In this document: piece after piece, positions 1-13,606 of the stretch
Numbering within the stretch: position 1 is the first letter of the stretch
Layout of the letters: each line of letters opens with the position of its first letter
DNA from: Adineta vaga
Taxonomy: Eukaryota; Animalia; Rotifera
DNA: 64,000 nucleotides
Assembly: GCA_021613535.1 (NCBI GenBank)
Contig: CP075496.1
Span: 2,480,001-2,544,000 of the forward strand
Direction: 5' to 3'
The notes under the pieces: generated by a model
Seen by the model: the letters and a program-made list of their open reading frames with translations, nothing else
The model's database searches: none
Told to the model about the DNA's origin: nothing
Translations under genes and position numbers: made by a program

Positions 1-702
1 TTATTTGGATCAATGAAATCATATAGTTACATGCAAACATTAACATACGGAAAGATTGAACTTAAAATATATTTATCAGGCAATATCATTCCGTAACAAT
101 CTAGTCAACCCTTTAATTTTCAAATCTAAATTACCATACAAAAAACGTTGTTCTTATGAAAAATTTAATTAGCGATCGTGGTTGCTTTGTTTTAGTATTA
201 ATCATCTCTCATTTAGCACACTAATTTACATGAACGTAAAAGAAGAACTAATGTGTATTCATGTGTATCTTAATAAGTGTATTCAGGCATGTATAGGTGC
301 CATTTTTTATTAGAGTAACACATTCTTTCTATTGATTAAAAATTAAAAATGCCAGTTTTGTGAGTAGGAAGAAAGTTCTGGAATTAAAAATATGAAGTAA
401 CCTTGTAGATACGAAGAGTTAGAAACACTCATATCGAAAGATTTTCAAAGAGCCAATTACGGCGAAAAATTTCATAGAATTATTAATTATTTCATCTCGT
501 TTTATTCACCTATAAATATTTATTTCTCTTGTAAATTCCTCGTTTCTTTTCTAAGATCATCGTTATTATGTCAAAACAATATTAAAAAAAGATAATTATT
601 CTAGGTATTATATTATTGACACATTTAGCTTCGGTGAATTTTTTTACATGTAGCTTGAAGATGAGAATAAACTCCTGTTAATTGAAAAGAAAAGGTCATA
701 TA

Positions 703-768
703 TGTCAAGTGTTCGGATGTAAGAATAGACAGGAAATTGAATGACAGCATATTAAGTTCTATAGATGT
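703..768 (+). pseudogene. Possible degraded THAP zinc-finger fragment
   Basis: Reads CQVFGCKNRQEIE*QHIKFYRC, resembling the THAP N-terminal C-x-V-x-G-C-x-N...F-[HY]-R pattern. In-frame TGA at 742-744 and no intact continuation. Confidence 0.25.
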
Positions 769-3700
769 TATGACATAGTTATGCATTTTTGAGCGATATC
801 GAACTTGTTTTCAAGAAGAAAGCCATAGATTGTGGGATATGTGACAAATGTAATAGATTTTACAGAAAGGTCATCGAATTTGACAATAATGGATGACCAC
901 TTGGCAGATGTTATTCTTTCTCACAATCGATTGATACGACGAAAAGCGAATCTTTTCTTTTCTCGATCAGGAGTACTTATTGTGATTAGTTATTCGAAGA
1001 ATGGATATTTCAATATGCAAATAAATGATAAAAACGTTAATTTCAGTAAGTAAAGATAAAAAACTTGAAAAAAGTTTTGAACTCGCTTGAGAAAAACTCA
1101 TTCTCTTTTTTTATTATATAAATTGAAAGGGACATTTTTCCTCTATTAACTAAATATAAGTATATATAAATACCCGTGGGGAGTTTCGTCTCTCACTTAT
1201 TGGCAATATAACATGAGTTATACTCAAATGAAAAACCTATGAACTACTAGTTCTGAGAAAATAAAACAAAAGTAAGTCGTTCTTTTTTCTTCTGGATTAT
1301 ACTTTCCTAACAATCAGATTAGTCAAAATCTGTTTTTAAATAAAAAGAAAACATTCTGAGACTTTTATTTACTACTCTAATACTCATTAGTTGACCAAAC
1401 GATCTGTCAGTAATACAAACATGATATTCTTAACAAGCAATATGGGAAATATCACTGAGTATTATAGCATACATGATTTCCTTCACAAATTGACGTGAAA
1501 AAGCATCTTTTCTCATCAGAATAGTTCGATTGAGAAAAATCCTTTGTTACCTCCCGTAGTTTTGCCTTTTATATATCGGTTTAATGTAAAAATAACTTAA
1601 TATTTAGACATGTCTAGTGCAGGAGTATCTTCCTATTTATTTCCCTAAACGAATATTTATAGTTGACCTGCACTCAATTATGACATCTTCAAAGAAAGAA
1701 TTTCATCAATTGAAACATGATACTTTATCAGCATGAATTCATTCACAGTAGCCAAGAAGAATAACACCCTCATCTTCATTGACTTAGCAACAAATTAGAT
1801 GTCAAGTTTTGGATTTATAATCGAATATCAACTAGCAATTTTCTTGACAGATTCTAAACGTTCTCCATAACCTTGAAGAATATGTGTCTCTGTCTAGCTA
1901 ATTTTTATATGAGTAGATAAATAATCACACAATAGTTAACTTCATTTCATATTTAGATTTCAAATTATTTCTAGTAAGTATCTTTGTTACTTTAAAGATA
2001 ATATAATCATGATCTTATCGTATGAAATGAGCTAGATAAAGAACATTCTAATTGTTCTAGAGAGTTGTTTCTTTCTCAATTCATATATATATATTGTTAT
2101 TCATCTATTGAATAGATAGTAATCATATCGATGAATCGGGTTATACTTGTTCATGTAAATTGAACATCGTCATTAGATTCTTTTTTTAGCATGTCTTTTT
2201 TCGAGTATAGACAAAAATAGATCGATCACAATGACACGAGATTCGTATTTCTATATCCGATCTTTTCAATAAACATCAATATTAATGATAATATATATCC
2301 AGATGAATTCACGCTTGATGTTTTTTTATTTTTCGTTCATATGAAATTCGAGATTTTTTAGTTTGTTCATTGGAAATGTTGTCAAATGATTAGTCTTATT
2401 GTTTTCATTTCTTCTATTATTTTGTTTGCTAATCGTAAAAAAAACAGAAGACTAATGTATATGAGCACGAGAACGAGTGAAAACAATTCCCGCAAGACAG
2501 CAGTATCGTAATGAACGAGAAAGTCATTATTCCTCTCGGCATTCTATTCTAATATGAATACATTAGTTTGTCTTTGGTTATGCTTTGTATTCGAAAGATT
2601 ATAAACAGCGTACCGTAAAGTTAACACTTGACAGGAACACAATATAATGCAAATGAATTTTGATTAAGAAGAATTCAGTCAACTAGAACGTTCAAGAAAA
2701 AAAAATGTATTAATTATATGTTGTTGATGCTTATCTATTGAACATATTCGTTGTTTGCTTTTTTTCTCATTTATTTTTATCCATCTTTCTTAGTCAGTTC
2801 TATGAGTTGTGATTATTGCGCGTCGATTACTTTCGTTGTTCATCAAATAAAAGATGAAAAAGAACGACGAAGAAGATTGAGAATTGTAATATAGTTCGAA
2901 CAAGAAATGACAAGGGAGTGAGAAAGAAAGAAGAAAAAGACATGATCGATAGTCTAATCAGATAACATGTTTTTCAAGCATCATCTTTCTTTTCAGCGAC
3001 GCTATTTTACAACTAATAATAATAGTAATATATTCAAATATGTTATAGGCACCAGTAATTTGATAATTCTATTTCCAAATGAAATCATTAAGAGGAATGT
3101 TTCCAAAATCAAACTATATATAGATGTAACATTCCAATAGGGTTCAACTGGACTTGTTCATCGTTTTGTTTTTTTTATTAAAAATAGCCTTTGTCGAGAA
3201 TATAAAAAGAAACAAGTGTTCTCTTTATTAAAATAGGCACGCGCTCGTCAACAAACCTGTCATTTTCGAAGTATATTCTTTAGCATGTTTAGACGCAAGG
3301 GCATTAGGAAATGAAGGTAAACCATATACAAGAAAAGTTCAATGCCATTTTTTTTGAGAAATAGTTCGATCAATACTTGACCTTCTTTTTTCGATCCGAA
3401 TCGATCGAAAGGAAATACATTATCGAAAAAGAAGAAGGCAATGTTCATCGATCACATAAAGAATGATAAATGTCGAATGAAAGAAAATATTGACAAGGAA
3501 ATAAATACACAAAATACATTAGTTAGAAGAAAATCGAGAAAGATCATCGACATGCTTCTCTTTCAAGTCACATACACATTGATTATTTTATGACGCAAAT
3601 GCAAAATATATTAAGATTGGTATTTAAATCTAACGCTTTTTCTTTGTCTTAATTTAATTTTATTATAGATATTCATATGGAAGAAATTCTTTTTCTTTTT

Positions 3701-5402
3701 CAAAGTATGTCTAGTCTCATTTATATGTGCATGTATTTTGATTGACATCTGTTGCAATTCACCTTCAAGATTCTTTTAACCCTTGTCTACGCAACATATT
3801 TCTGTTTGAAAATGAGTTGCATAAGTGTTCATTTAGTTGTCTAGTCGAGTTGAGTAAAATGATTTTCATGTACTTAAAGTTCGTTGTCGAATCATATTAC
3901 TTGATATGAAATATTTGAAAAGTATAGACAATAATGTCATTAGACAGAGAGAAGAGAAAGTTGGAAATACAGACAAGTCTTCATTTGATTGTAGGCAACT
4001 AGAATTGTTCCGCTCTCGTCTTTTCTCTATATCTTGTTTATGTTTGTGTGTATTTGGGCTTAAAACCTTGAAAGAATCTTGATAGCTCAATGTCAAAAGC
4101 TTTGATGTGAAACAAAACAACAATAGTTCATATTGTATATTCAATTTTGTTTTCTTTAACGTTGACTGTGTGTGTAATATGATATTATTATTGTTACAAA
4201 TTTTGTTTCATCCGAAATCTTAGCCAATATGTTTTTAATAGTTTTTTTTTCTCTTCAGATTCGTTGACGTTCCTAGAGTGTATATTCTTATTTCTTCATA
4301 AAGAAAAGAAAAAGAGTTTTATTCATTATTTTTATCTGATTACGAGACAAAATATCATTGTTCTCGAGAAGATCAAAAACGGTGTAGATTATAAAAAAAA
4401 AAAGTCAAATCACATATCTGTCAACTTAGTGTTCTTTTGTTCATTGATATCTGGTTCTGCGTGTTACTTATTCATTAATTATTTACGTAGTTCAGTATGA
4501 TAAAGTTAGAATCATCAGATTCAACTTACTGACATGCAACATATTCTCCTTCTCTATTTTCCTCTTACTGTTCTTTTTCTTCTTCTTCTTCTTTGTTTCT
4601 ATATGAAAAATCAGTGAGAAAAAGATAAACGATCTAACGAAGACAAAAAAATGCACAACATCAACAATGTTTGCACATACATATACAAAAAATAAAAAGA
4701 AAGATGGACGAAAGATGAGCCCAACTATGTCAGCTGTCGGCTGTAGTCTCTGCTTTTCTCTTTCTTTCTTATGCCATCGATCTCTTTTTTTTCACATAGA
4801 CAGCAACAACAATAGTAATAATAGTAACAACAAAAATTGATATTGTTAAAAGAAGCGTTCTGATCATTTAGACACTCGTACTCGATGATTAGAATAGTTA
4901 AAAATATGAAAAAAGGTAAGACGAACCAAACCATCTGTTTTCAACTTCGATTAAAATCAAAAGTTTTTTTCCTGTTTATGAGAAGGAAAAGAGATTTCTT
5001 TTTCCTTTCTATATTCGACAAGAAATAAAAAGTATATTAGAAGACGAAGAAGAAGAAAAAAAGAATTGTCGATTTCTATGACAAGTTTTGAACCTTTGTC
5101 CTTTTTTTTCTACTCAATAAAAAATCTCGTACGAGTGAATATAGTTTTTTTTCTAAAACAAATTTTCACTTATTCGCAATAATAGATCTTATGCATGTAA
5201 GAAAAATTTTGACATGTCTGTCTACCTTTTATGAATAAGTCATTGACATATTCTTAATAAAGAGCAAAAATGAAGAAAAGGAAAATCATATTATTTGATT
5301 ATATCTTATCTTTTCTCTTTGTCATTGATGATATGAATTTGTTTTTTAGATGAAATTCTTTCTATTAAATATAAAAAATATTTGTCTGATTAACGTATTC
5401 AA

Positions 5403-6961
5403 ATGAATTCAACATTATCATTATCAACTCTTACTACAACAGCAATAAGTAATAATGATGATTTTAATGGAAGTCTTATTGATGATTGGGAAAATTATAA
5501 AGGATATACAAAATTCTATTATATAACAGATGAAATCTTTCTCTATGCAAATCCAATATTAGTTATCATCGGTAAATAATTTTCATAAGAAAATTTTAGA
5601 AGTGAAAATTTCTTTTTTGATTTTTAGGTATTCCAACTCATGCATTATCTATGATTATATTTCTTCGTAAACGAATGCGTCGTTATCCCGTATCAGTATT
5701 TATGGCAATGTTATCATTAACTAATATTCTTATTCTTGCTGGTCCAGTCACAATGCAATGGCTTAATCATAAAGTTTTTATTGGTTTTGTTGTTACTGGT
5801 TCACGTTTTCTTTGTGCATTTCATGTTTATATTGATCTTGTTGGTTCATCGATAAATTCTTGGTTAATATTAATGATCGCTGTTGAACGTTATCTATCTG
5901 TAACAAAACCATTTTTAATACGAACAAGTTTTAATCGTCAACAAGCATGGACTATCGTTTTTAGTGTTTTTCTAGTCGCTATTATCGCTCCACTTGGTCT
6001 TGCTATTGTCGCATCGAAAGTTGATGATTGTCTTTTATTTTTTTCTAAAACATATCAAATTATTGGTTCAATACAAATTTTTTTTATTTACGTTTTACCT
6101 TCAATACTTATCTTAACTTTAAGCATTATAACCGTGCATAAATTAAGAAATCGTATACGTACACGTGGTTCAAGACGTATACATATAAGTGTGATGTTAA
6201 TTGCAGTGTCATTTTCCTTTATAACATTTACTATGCCATATCAAGTATGTTGGTATTGGTTATTTTCTACTGCAATTGGTAGTGTGAAATTAAATTTAAA
6301 AGTCAATATAATTAATATTGGTTTTCGTTATATTGCATTAACAATAAGAAATTTAAATTATACATTAAATTTCTTTCTTTATTCATTAACATCGATTGTT
6401 TTTCTTAAAGAAGCATTTACAATTGCACATTGTAATTATTTTCTTAATCAATCCTATACTGAACGTAATCAGGCATTTCGTCGTGTACGTCGTTTTCTCT
6501 CGGAACATGGAGCTGGTGCTGTTGGTGAAGAACAAGAACCACATGATCAACAACAAGATCAACAACAACAACAACAAACAAATGGACTTATTCATCAAGC
6601 GAATCAATTACTTGATGAAGATCATAATCATCCGAGTTTTAAAAAATATTTTAGTATTAAAAGAAAGAAAAGTAATCATTTAAATCCTTCGGAAAATGAT
6701 CTATCAAAAAATCTTTTAAATGGACATTTAAATGTTCATACAAGTACAACGAATGTTTCATATAATTTAAAACAAACCAAACCGATTTCATTGGAAAAGA
6801 ATTTACAATGTAACTTAACTATTAATCAAAGAACAATGACATCAACATATCCGAATTATTTAAAAACTGATAATAATTTACAACAACAACAACAGCCATC
6901 ATCATCAAATTATTCTTCAATATCGAATATACAAGATTTGAATACTAAAGTGCAATCATAA
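5403..6961 (+). CDS. Rhodopsin-family (class A) peptide GPCR, 2 exons (5403-5571, 5628-6961)
   Basis: Seven hydrophobic segments, AVERY at the TM3 end, TMPYQ in TM6, NYTLNFFLY in TM7 (invertebrate peptide-receptor style), N-glycosylation sequons in exon 1 (MNST, NGS), Q/N-rich C-tail; GT-AG intron 5572-5627. Confidence 0.9.
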
Positions 6962-7604
6962 ATTTGCTTTGTCTTTTTCTCTTCTTCTTCTTCTTCTCCT
7001 TCTTTTTCTTCTATATTTATTCTTATTTGTGTATCATCAATATTTGTGTATGTATATTTTTTTTTGTTTTTCTTTTTTGCTCTTGATACAACAAGAAAAA
7101 GCAAACTGAAAGAGATCTAATAAAAGAATATAAATTAAGATTATGTTCGGCAAATAATGAACACGATTATAGAAATGAGAAAAAAACAAGTGAGAATGAA
7201 TTTATTTTTATATCAGCATGATTAGTACGAAGTTGGTCTTGAAATTATTTGTTCTTTCAATTTTCTTCGATTAAATCATAGCGAATTGTTATATACAAAC
7301 CTTTGAATCATGAAAGGACCGAGATTGTATCAAAGGTACTTAAACTAATCCTTTATATAGTTGCTGGAAAGAGCACAATGAACTTTTCCTTATTTTGTTA
7401 ATAACCGAATTCTGTAATTCGAGCAGAATAAAGAAAAGAAAGAAACCTATTCAAATTGCACGCACTAGTTTTTACACAGTAGAAAAATATGAAGAAAAAC
7501 ATGATGTTTTCATGATTATTAGAAAATATAATAATAATAACTAAAAAAAATAACAAAGATATTTCATTAAATGTCAATATTATAATTAGTAATTGAATAA
7601 ATAT

Positions 7605-10600
7605 TTATCGACGTTGTCCTCCATTCATTATATGAAGCATATACTTCTGTTCTTCACGATGATTGTTTCCTTTCAAGTAATATTTTCCTTCGAAACTCTG
7701 TGTATCAGGTTTCCATTCAACTTGAATCGTCATGATTAGATCAACATTTCCTAATCCTGATTGATACCGTTTATCAAAAGCCATTCGAAGTGTTCGTGGT
7801 GAATAGACTCCTGTTGCCACGAATGTTCCAAGATGATCTTTTCCTTTACCATGAACAGTATGATCAACTGTAGGATAAAATCCTAATGTTAAATTATGTG
7901 GTCCATACCAAGAACCGTCTGTATAAAGATAACCAGACAAAGAATTTGATTGAAAAATACCAGCAGCTAGATCGGTGTGCTTGAAAAATCCTTCACGAAC
8001 ATATGCATTGTTTGAACGAAATGGTGTACCTTTGAAGCAGGAAAACCATGAACAAATAATTAGAAAACAAAAGCCGCAGAGACACAGAAGTCCGACTACT
8101 CCACCAACAACACTACCAACTATGATACCAGTATTACTACTGCTGCTATTGCTATCATTGCTACCGGGACCTAAATAATAATAGAAGACCATATTTATAG
8201 GTTTAAACTTCAAATAAAGTTGTTCAAATTAAAAATAAAGATAACTATTGTATGATGTTAAGAAGTCATATATAAAAACAAATCTAGTGATAATAAGTTG
8301 AATTACTTACTTGAAGTAGTGGTAGCTAAAGTATCTTCAGTATCAAGTGCTACAGTATACGGACCAAGTACTGTCATAGTTAATAGACCAGTAGTTCGTT
8401 CATTTTGTGTTGTTGATATCAAAATATATGTGGTAGTAGCACGTTTCATTATAGACTATAATAGATAAGAAATGATTAAGTTCATTATGTTATCATTTCA
8501 TTTATATACAAAATATAAACTGACAACTTTGTTATGTAGACTGAGAAAATAAATAATAATGAATACATACTCGTTTCAATGTTTGAATACCGGTCGAAAG
8601 AAAAACGGTAAATTGAAATTTTTCATTACCAGCACTATTAGAGCCTTGCGCTATCAAATTTACTAATGGTTTTGATGAATCAAAACTATTTGCATAAAGA
8701 TAGGAATGCACAGGAAAACTACTTGAACTTGTAAATGTATAATTACCAGATACTGAAACAGTTACTCCAGTTTTAATATAATAATAATTCGATCATAAAC
8801 CATTAGGACGTTGGTATTGTGGTCTGTTGATATGTAATGAAAGAGAACCAATGCTAGTATACATTGGCGCAGTCACTATATTTGAAAAAACAAAAAGAAA
8901 ATAAGTGGTATGTTCTATTATGTTCAACAATTCAAGAAGAATTTCTCTGTTATGGAGCTAATTGTGACTATGTAAAAGAGAATACTGCTTTCTACATCAG
9001 TTAGCCTAAGAGAAATTTGTCAGATAACTATTGAAGATATAATTAAATAAGTATAAAAGAACATTTTGAATAAGAAATATGAAGACAATGCTTCGTATAG
9101 ATAGATCGTCAATTTCATTGAAACCAGAAACAGTACTATACTTTTCATACTATCAACATCACTTCTTATAACTCATCTCCCTTTTAAAATATTTCCAGCT
9201 CGACAAGAAGGAATATTTGGATCACCACTCAATATTAACCTACCAGTGATCGATGATAATGTTGTTGTTATTGTTGTACTGTGAGACGTGTTAGTACCAG
9301 TAGTGCTTGTAGTAGTATCAGTGGTGCTCGTAGTAGTACTAGTGGTGCTCGTAGTAGTATCAGTGGTGCTCGTAGTAGTACTAGTGGTGCTCATAGTAGT
9401 ACCAGTGGTGCTCGTAGTAGTACCAGTGATACTCGTAGAAGTATCCGATGTGCTTGTAGTAGTATCAGTGGTGCTCGCAGTTGTTAAAGGAGGAATACAA
9501 CCATAAAAAATCTGAAGTTCTTGTATATCTATTGGACTTAAATTATCACGTTGACCAATTGTAGCACTTGGATCAAGAGGTACTAATGTATCAGAACCAT
9601 TAATAGTAAAGAAATTTTTTCCATAATGCATCAATGATTGATAATCATATGGTGTATACAATGTATCAACGTATGCATCAGTGTATTTGTCAAAATTAGA
9701 TTGCATACCTATTAAATTTAAGAAAACAAATCGTACATTTCGAAGTGCTCGTTAACAATCGAATTGATCTAACCTGGTATTATTGTATCCCAAATTACTC
9801 GAACATAATTATCACGGTCTGGTCGAGATTGCTCATGGAAAAAACCTAAATGGACATTATAGATAAAATTAAACTGAAAAGAAAATATTTTTTAAAGATA
9901 ATTGTCATTAACTATGGAAAATGTAACACGTTTTTGTAGGCATGTTTTAGTATCTAAAATTAATAAAAACAGATATACAAATCCAACTTTACCTAACGCA
10001 TGTATGAGCTCATGCATGATAGTTCCTTTATAAATACAACCAGAACTCTGCAATGTAACTTTACGTAGCGTTGCGGATCCAGTCATTCGGCCAACCTTAG
10101 ATGAATATATATAATATTCGAACATTTAACTAATAGATTTCAAATAAATCACTTACATAAGATGAGCAACCAACTCCATCTTCAATGATAATATAATGGT
10201 AATCATCAGTCGCATCTTTCTCACGAAAACGTATGCAAGGTACACCACCCACTTCTGTCGAACTTTCCAATGTTCGCATGGCATCAAGAATGACGCTCTG
10301 CTGTGCTGCAGCTAAAAGAAAATCATGAATAATTGATTCTTTTCAAAGCAGCGAAGTTTAGATTAGTTTTTTTTTGTAAATTATAGTTCGATGTATACAA
10401 AATACTATCAAAAAATAAACTTACTGAAATCTGCTGATATAGTATATGGTACTACTCCACTCGGCCAACGTACATAAGTACCACGCATTGCTACACCTCT
10501 CTAAATTGATACCAATCAATATAGTTAACATGGTTCCCAAAAAATAGAATATGATTAACTCACCGCCGATGGAGCAATTTTAATGTCACCTTCGAAATAT

Positions 10601-10898
10601 CCACCTACAAATAACACATTAGATAGATAGATAGATATATGTATTGATTATAAATTGCTGAAACAGTTGATTAAATTCAACATTCTTCTCTACTTGAATA
10701 TATACATTGACTTACCGATTTCTTCTGGACTTCTCAATCGACCGTTTGAATCCTTATTTGAAGAAAAATAGAGATAGAAACTCTGGTGAATCAATTATCA
10801 ATGTTCTAAAAACATACCCGTACTAATGGAACTGCGTGCAATCTTCCTACCACAACAAAGAAGATGATAGTGATCGATAGATTAATCATAGCCATCAT
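7605..10898 (-). CDS. Astacin (M12A) metalloprotease with Thr-rich stalk, beta-rich extracellular domain, TM helix and cytoplasmic domain; about 11 exons; in-frame TGA at 8793-8795
   Basis: Signal peptide (MMAMINLSITIIF), prodomain FEGDI, RWPSGVVPY, GCSSYVG, zinc motif HELIHALGFFHEQSRPDRD, Met-turn YDYQSLMHYG, TM GIIVGSVVGGVVGLLCLCGFCFLII; exons traced by GT-AG sites. Confidence 0.85.
9293..9481. repeat. Coding minisatellite, 9 x 21 bp (consensus AGTATCAGTGGTGCTCGTAGT), encoding TTSTT(D/G/S)T mucin-like units
   Basis: Head-to-tail 21-nt units without spacers, in frame within an astacin exon. Confidence 0.92.
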
Positions 10899-12369
10899 GT
10901 AATCTTCAAACGATTTCTAAAAAATAGATTTCTCGATGTATGACTGAACTTAACTGAACTGTTTTTATTTTGTTCTCTATGAAACTAACGTATTCCATAT
11001 CAATCTAATGAACTTAATTATAACTATTAAAAGATAGGTACTTATCTGTTACTATGTTGAAATATAAATATTACCCGAATACAATTAAAATTTATAGGGA
11101 AAACAAAGGAAATGTATCAGACAATATACGAATCATTATATTGGTAAATATCAAAATTTAGTCTAATGATAAAGTTTGTCCGTTATCATGAACTCTCAAC
11201 TAGTGATCGAAAATACATCTATTGATGATTCTAACGAATCATGCGGAAAACTGAAGACTGTAGAATATGTCGAATTGATAATGTCTTTTTATCATTTTAT
11301 ACAAACGAACAAATAGAAGATCCTGTCTTTTTATAAGCTGGGCTTTTATGACTTCACCACACAATATGACAATTAGGAAGCTGATCGATATCATACGTAC
11401 TATCCTGAATTACCATACATATCGACTCGAAAAGTATTCACCTGTACAAGTACAGTAGAGCGTATCTGTATATAAAAAGTAGCCGTCAAACACGTCACTA
11501 CCGTCGAGAGTTATGATATGTTTTCAATACATGTGTTCTTATCAATGGATCATTCAAAAATTAGTCTAATTTATTTTGATAATTTATTTTATCAGTTATT
11601 AGTAATACGTCAATTACCTATAGTTAATCGGTGGGTAAAACAAGTATTCTTTTCATTTTGTCCTTTTTTTTATCTTATCTTATATCAAATCAAGAGAAAA
11701 TCGGAACATTTGTCATATTCAGATATGACAAAATGTAACTCGATTGAGGGAAATTTCCCCGGGTTTATTCGGAATCAATTATATATTAGTCATAGTTTCC
11801 AACATTTGTAAAGTTAGTCATCAAAGTTTCAAACGATACAGTTTACATACCATCACATGTGAACATATCTATAATATTCTTAGTATTCTTCTAATATAAG
11901 ATATCAAATCAATAGAAAAAGCATTTTCTCGCATAGTATTGATTATTAATGACGTATGGTACGATATCCATTCAGTGAAGAACAATCGGTAATCTGTGCA
12001 ACAAACGAAAGTATATAGCACTTTCGCCTTCAGTTGAAAATCCTATCGTTTATTCGTTATTTTCTGTTTTATGTTAGGTATAAATCATTTGCCAAGTTAC
12101 ACCCATATTTAATACTCATTAAAAGATAAGATTTTAACAAGATAGTAGAGAACTTCTTTACAATCATTCTGATCTATCAATCTGAGTTAAGCTCAGTCAT
12201 ATGACTAATGAATGAGAAAAGATATTCTATTCACACACAAAAACATGACTAAATATGTTTTACTGATACTTAATTGATAAAAATTCTTCTTTTCTGTCGT
12301 GTGTGTTTGTATCTGAATCATATATAAAAGCAAAGTTGACGTGGCTTGAGTCCCATTTTCGTTATTATC

Positions 12370-13127
12370 ATGGGAAATAAATTAAATATTGAAAAGCATG
12401 ATATTATATTACCAAACACACGAGATTCGAATAAATTGACATTTATCTTAATGAATGTGTTTACATATGATGAATGCATTGAATGGATAAAGTTAACTGA
12501 AAATCGTGGTTACTCACCGGCATTAGTCAATATTGGTGTACAAGAAATTCTAATGACGGATGTTCGAAATAATGATCGATGTATTATTGATGATGAGAAT
12601 ATGGCACAACAATTATTTGAACGTATTAAATCATATTTACCAGAAACTTGGAATGATTACAAATTAGTTGGACTTAATGAACGCCTTCGTTTTCTACGAT
12701 ATGATCCTGGGCAAAAATTCGAGACACATATGGGTAAAAAAACTAACTAGATTCAATGTCTAAATTTCTATACATGTATTTTTAATAGATGGTAGTTATC
12801 AACGTCAGGATGGATCTGGAGAGACAAGTTTTATTGTAAGTGAATTTCAATCCTTTGCAATTCTAGCGATATATTCATATTTCTTAGACAATTCAATTGT
12901 ATTTAAATGAAGGTTTTATCGGTGGTGAAACGACATTTGTGCATGATTATGATTCAAGTAAAAATGTTCGTTGTATTCCACGAACAGGAATGGTACTTGT
13001 GTTTGAACATCGTTTAATGCATGAAGGTTCACGACTGAGAAAAGGTCGAAAATATACATTACGAACTGATGTTATGTATCGTCCACAAAACGAATCTGAA
13101 TCAGTTGACAACAATATCGAACTATAA
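12370..13127 (+). CDS. 2OG-Fe(II) oxygenase (prolyl 4-hydroxylase-like, stand-alone), 3 exons (12370-12733, 12789-12835, 12888-13127)
   Basis: GLNERLRFLRYDPGQKFETHMDG (HxD), QLYLNEGFIGGETTF, HEG distal His, KYTLRTDVMY (2OG-binding Arg). Confidence 0.9.
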
Positions 13128-13606
13128 ATGAACACGCGAAGAAAAATAATGTCTTTTCGTTTATCAAAGATCGATAGAGAGTGACATCTACTCTTGATAT
13201 TTTCAAAGAGGCTAATATACTTTATTTATTTTCTTTTCTTTTACACTTGACGTTTCTTACCATTATTTTTCATTTAAATTTCTATTCTATATGACTTTCT
13301 TCTATTGCTAATTGAGTTCAATTTCCATACTGTTCATTTGATTCGCTTTTGTACAAAAAAAATTAAGTCTAGACTAGATATTCATCATGTGATTCGATAC
13401 TTATTCACATTCACTCAGGAAATACAATGATATTGGGTAGAAAGGAAGAAAAGAAGCAAACACCTTCGATTTCAATGCTATTAGTCAATCTAAATGATTC
13501 ATTGAGAAGTTTCCTTTTTCTTTTTTTTTTAGATTAACGTCATTTTCTATCTTTAGCTGTACATTTCAACAAACTGTTTTCTACATCAAACTTTTAATTG
13601 ATCAAA

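Noticed and set aside
832-4934. Short ORFs in the first 5 kb
   Set aside because: F/K/I-rich translations of AT-rich and microsatellite DNA, with no motifs or splice structure.
9293-9481. CRISPR-like array
   Set aside because: Units are contiguous with no unique spacers, lie in frame in a eukaryotic exon, and no cas genes are present.
9281-9506. Plus-strand ORFs (Val-rich and SGARSS repeats)
   Set aside because: They are antisense shadows of the Thr-rich minisatellite.
11200-12100. Exon-like fragments between the astacin and oxygenase genes
   Set aside because: No consistent frame or family could be built.
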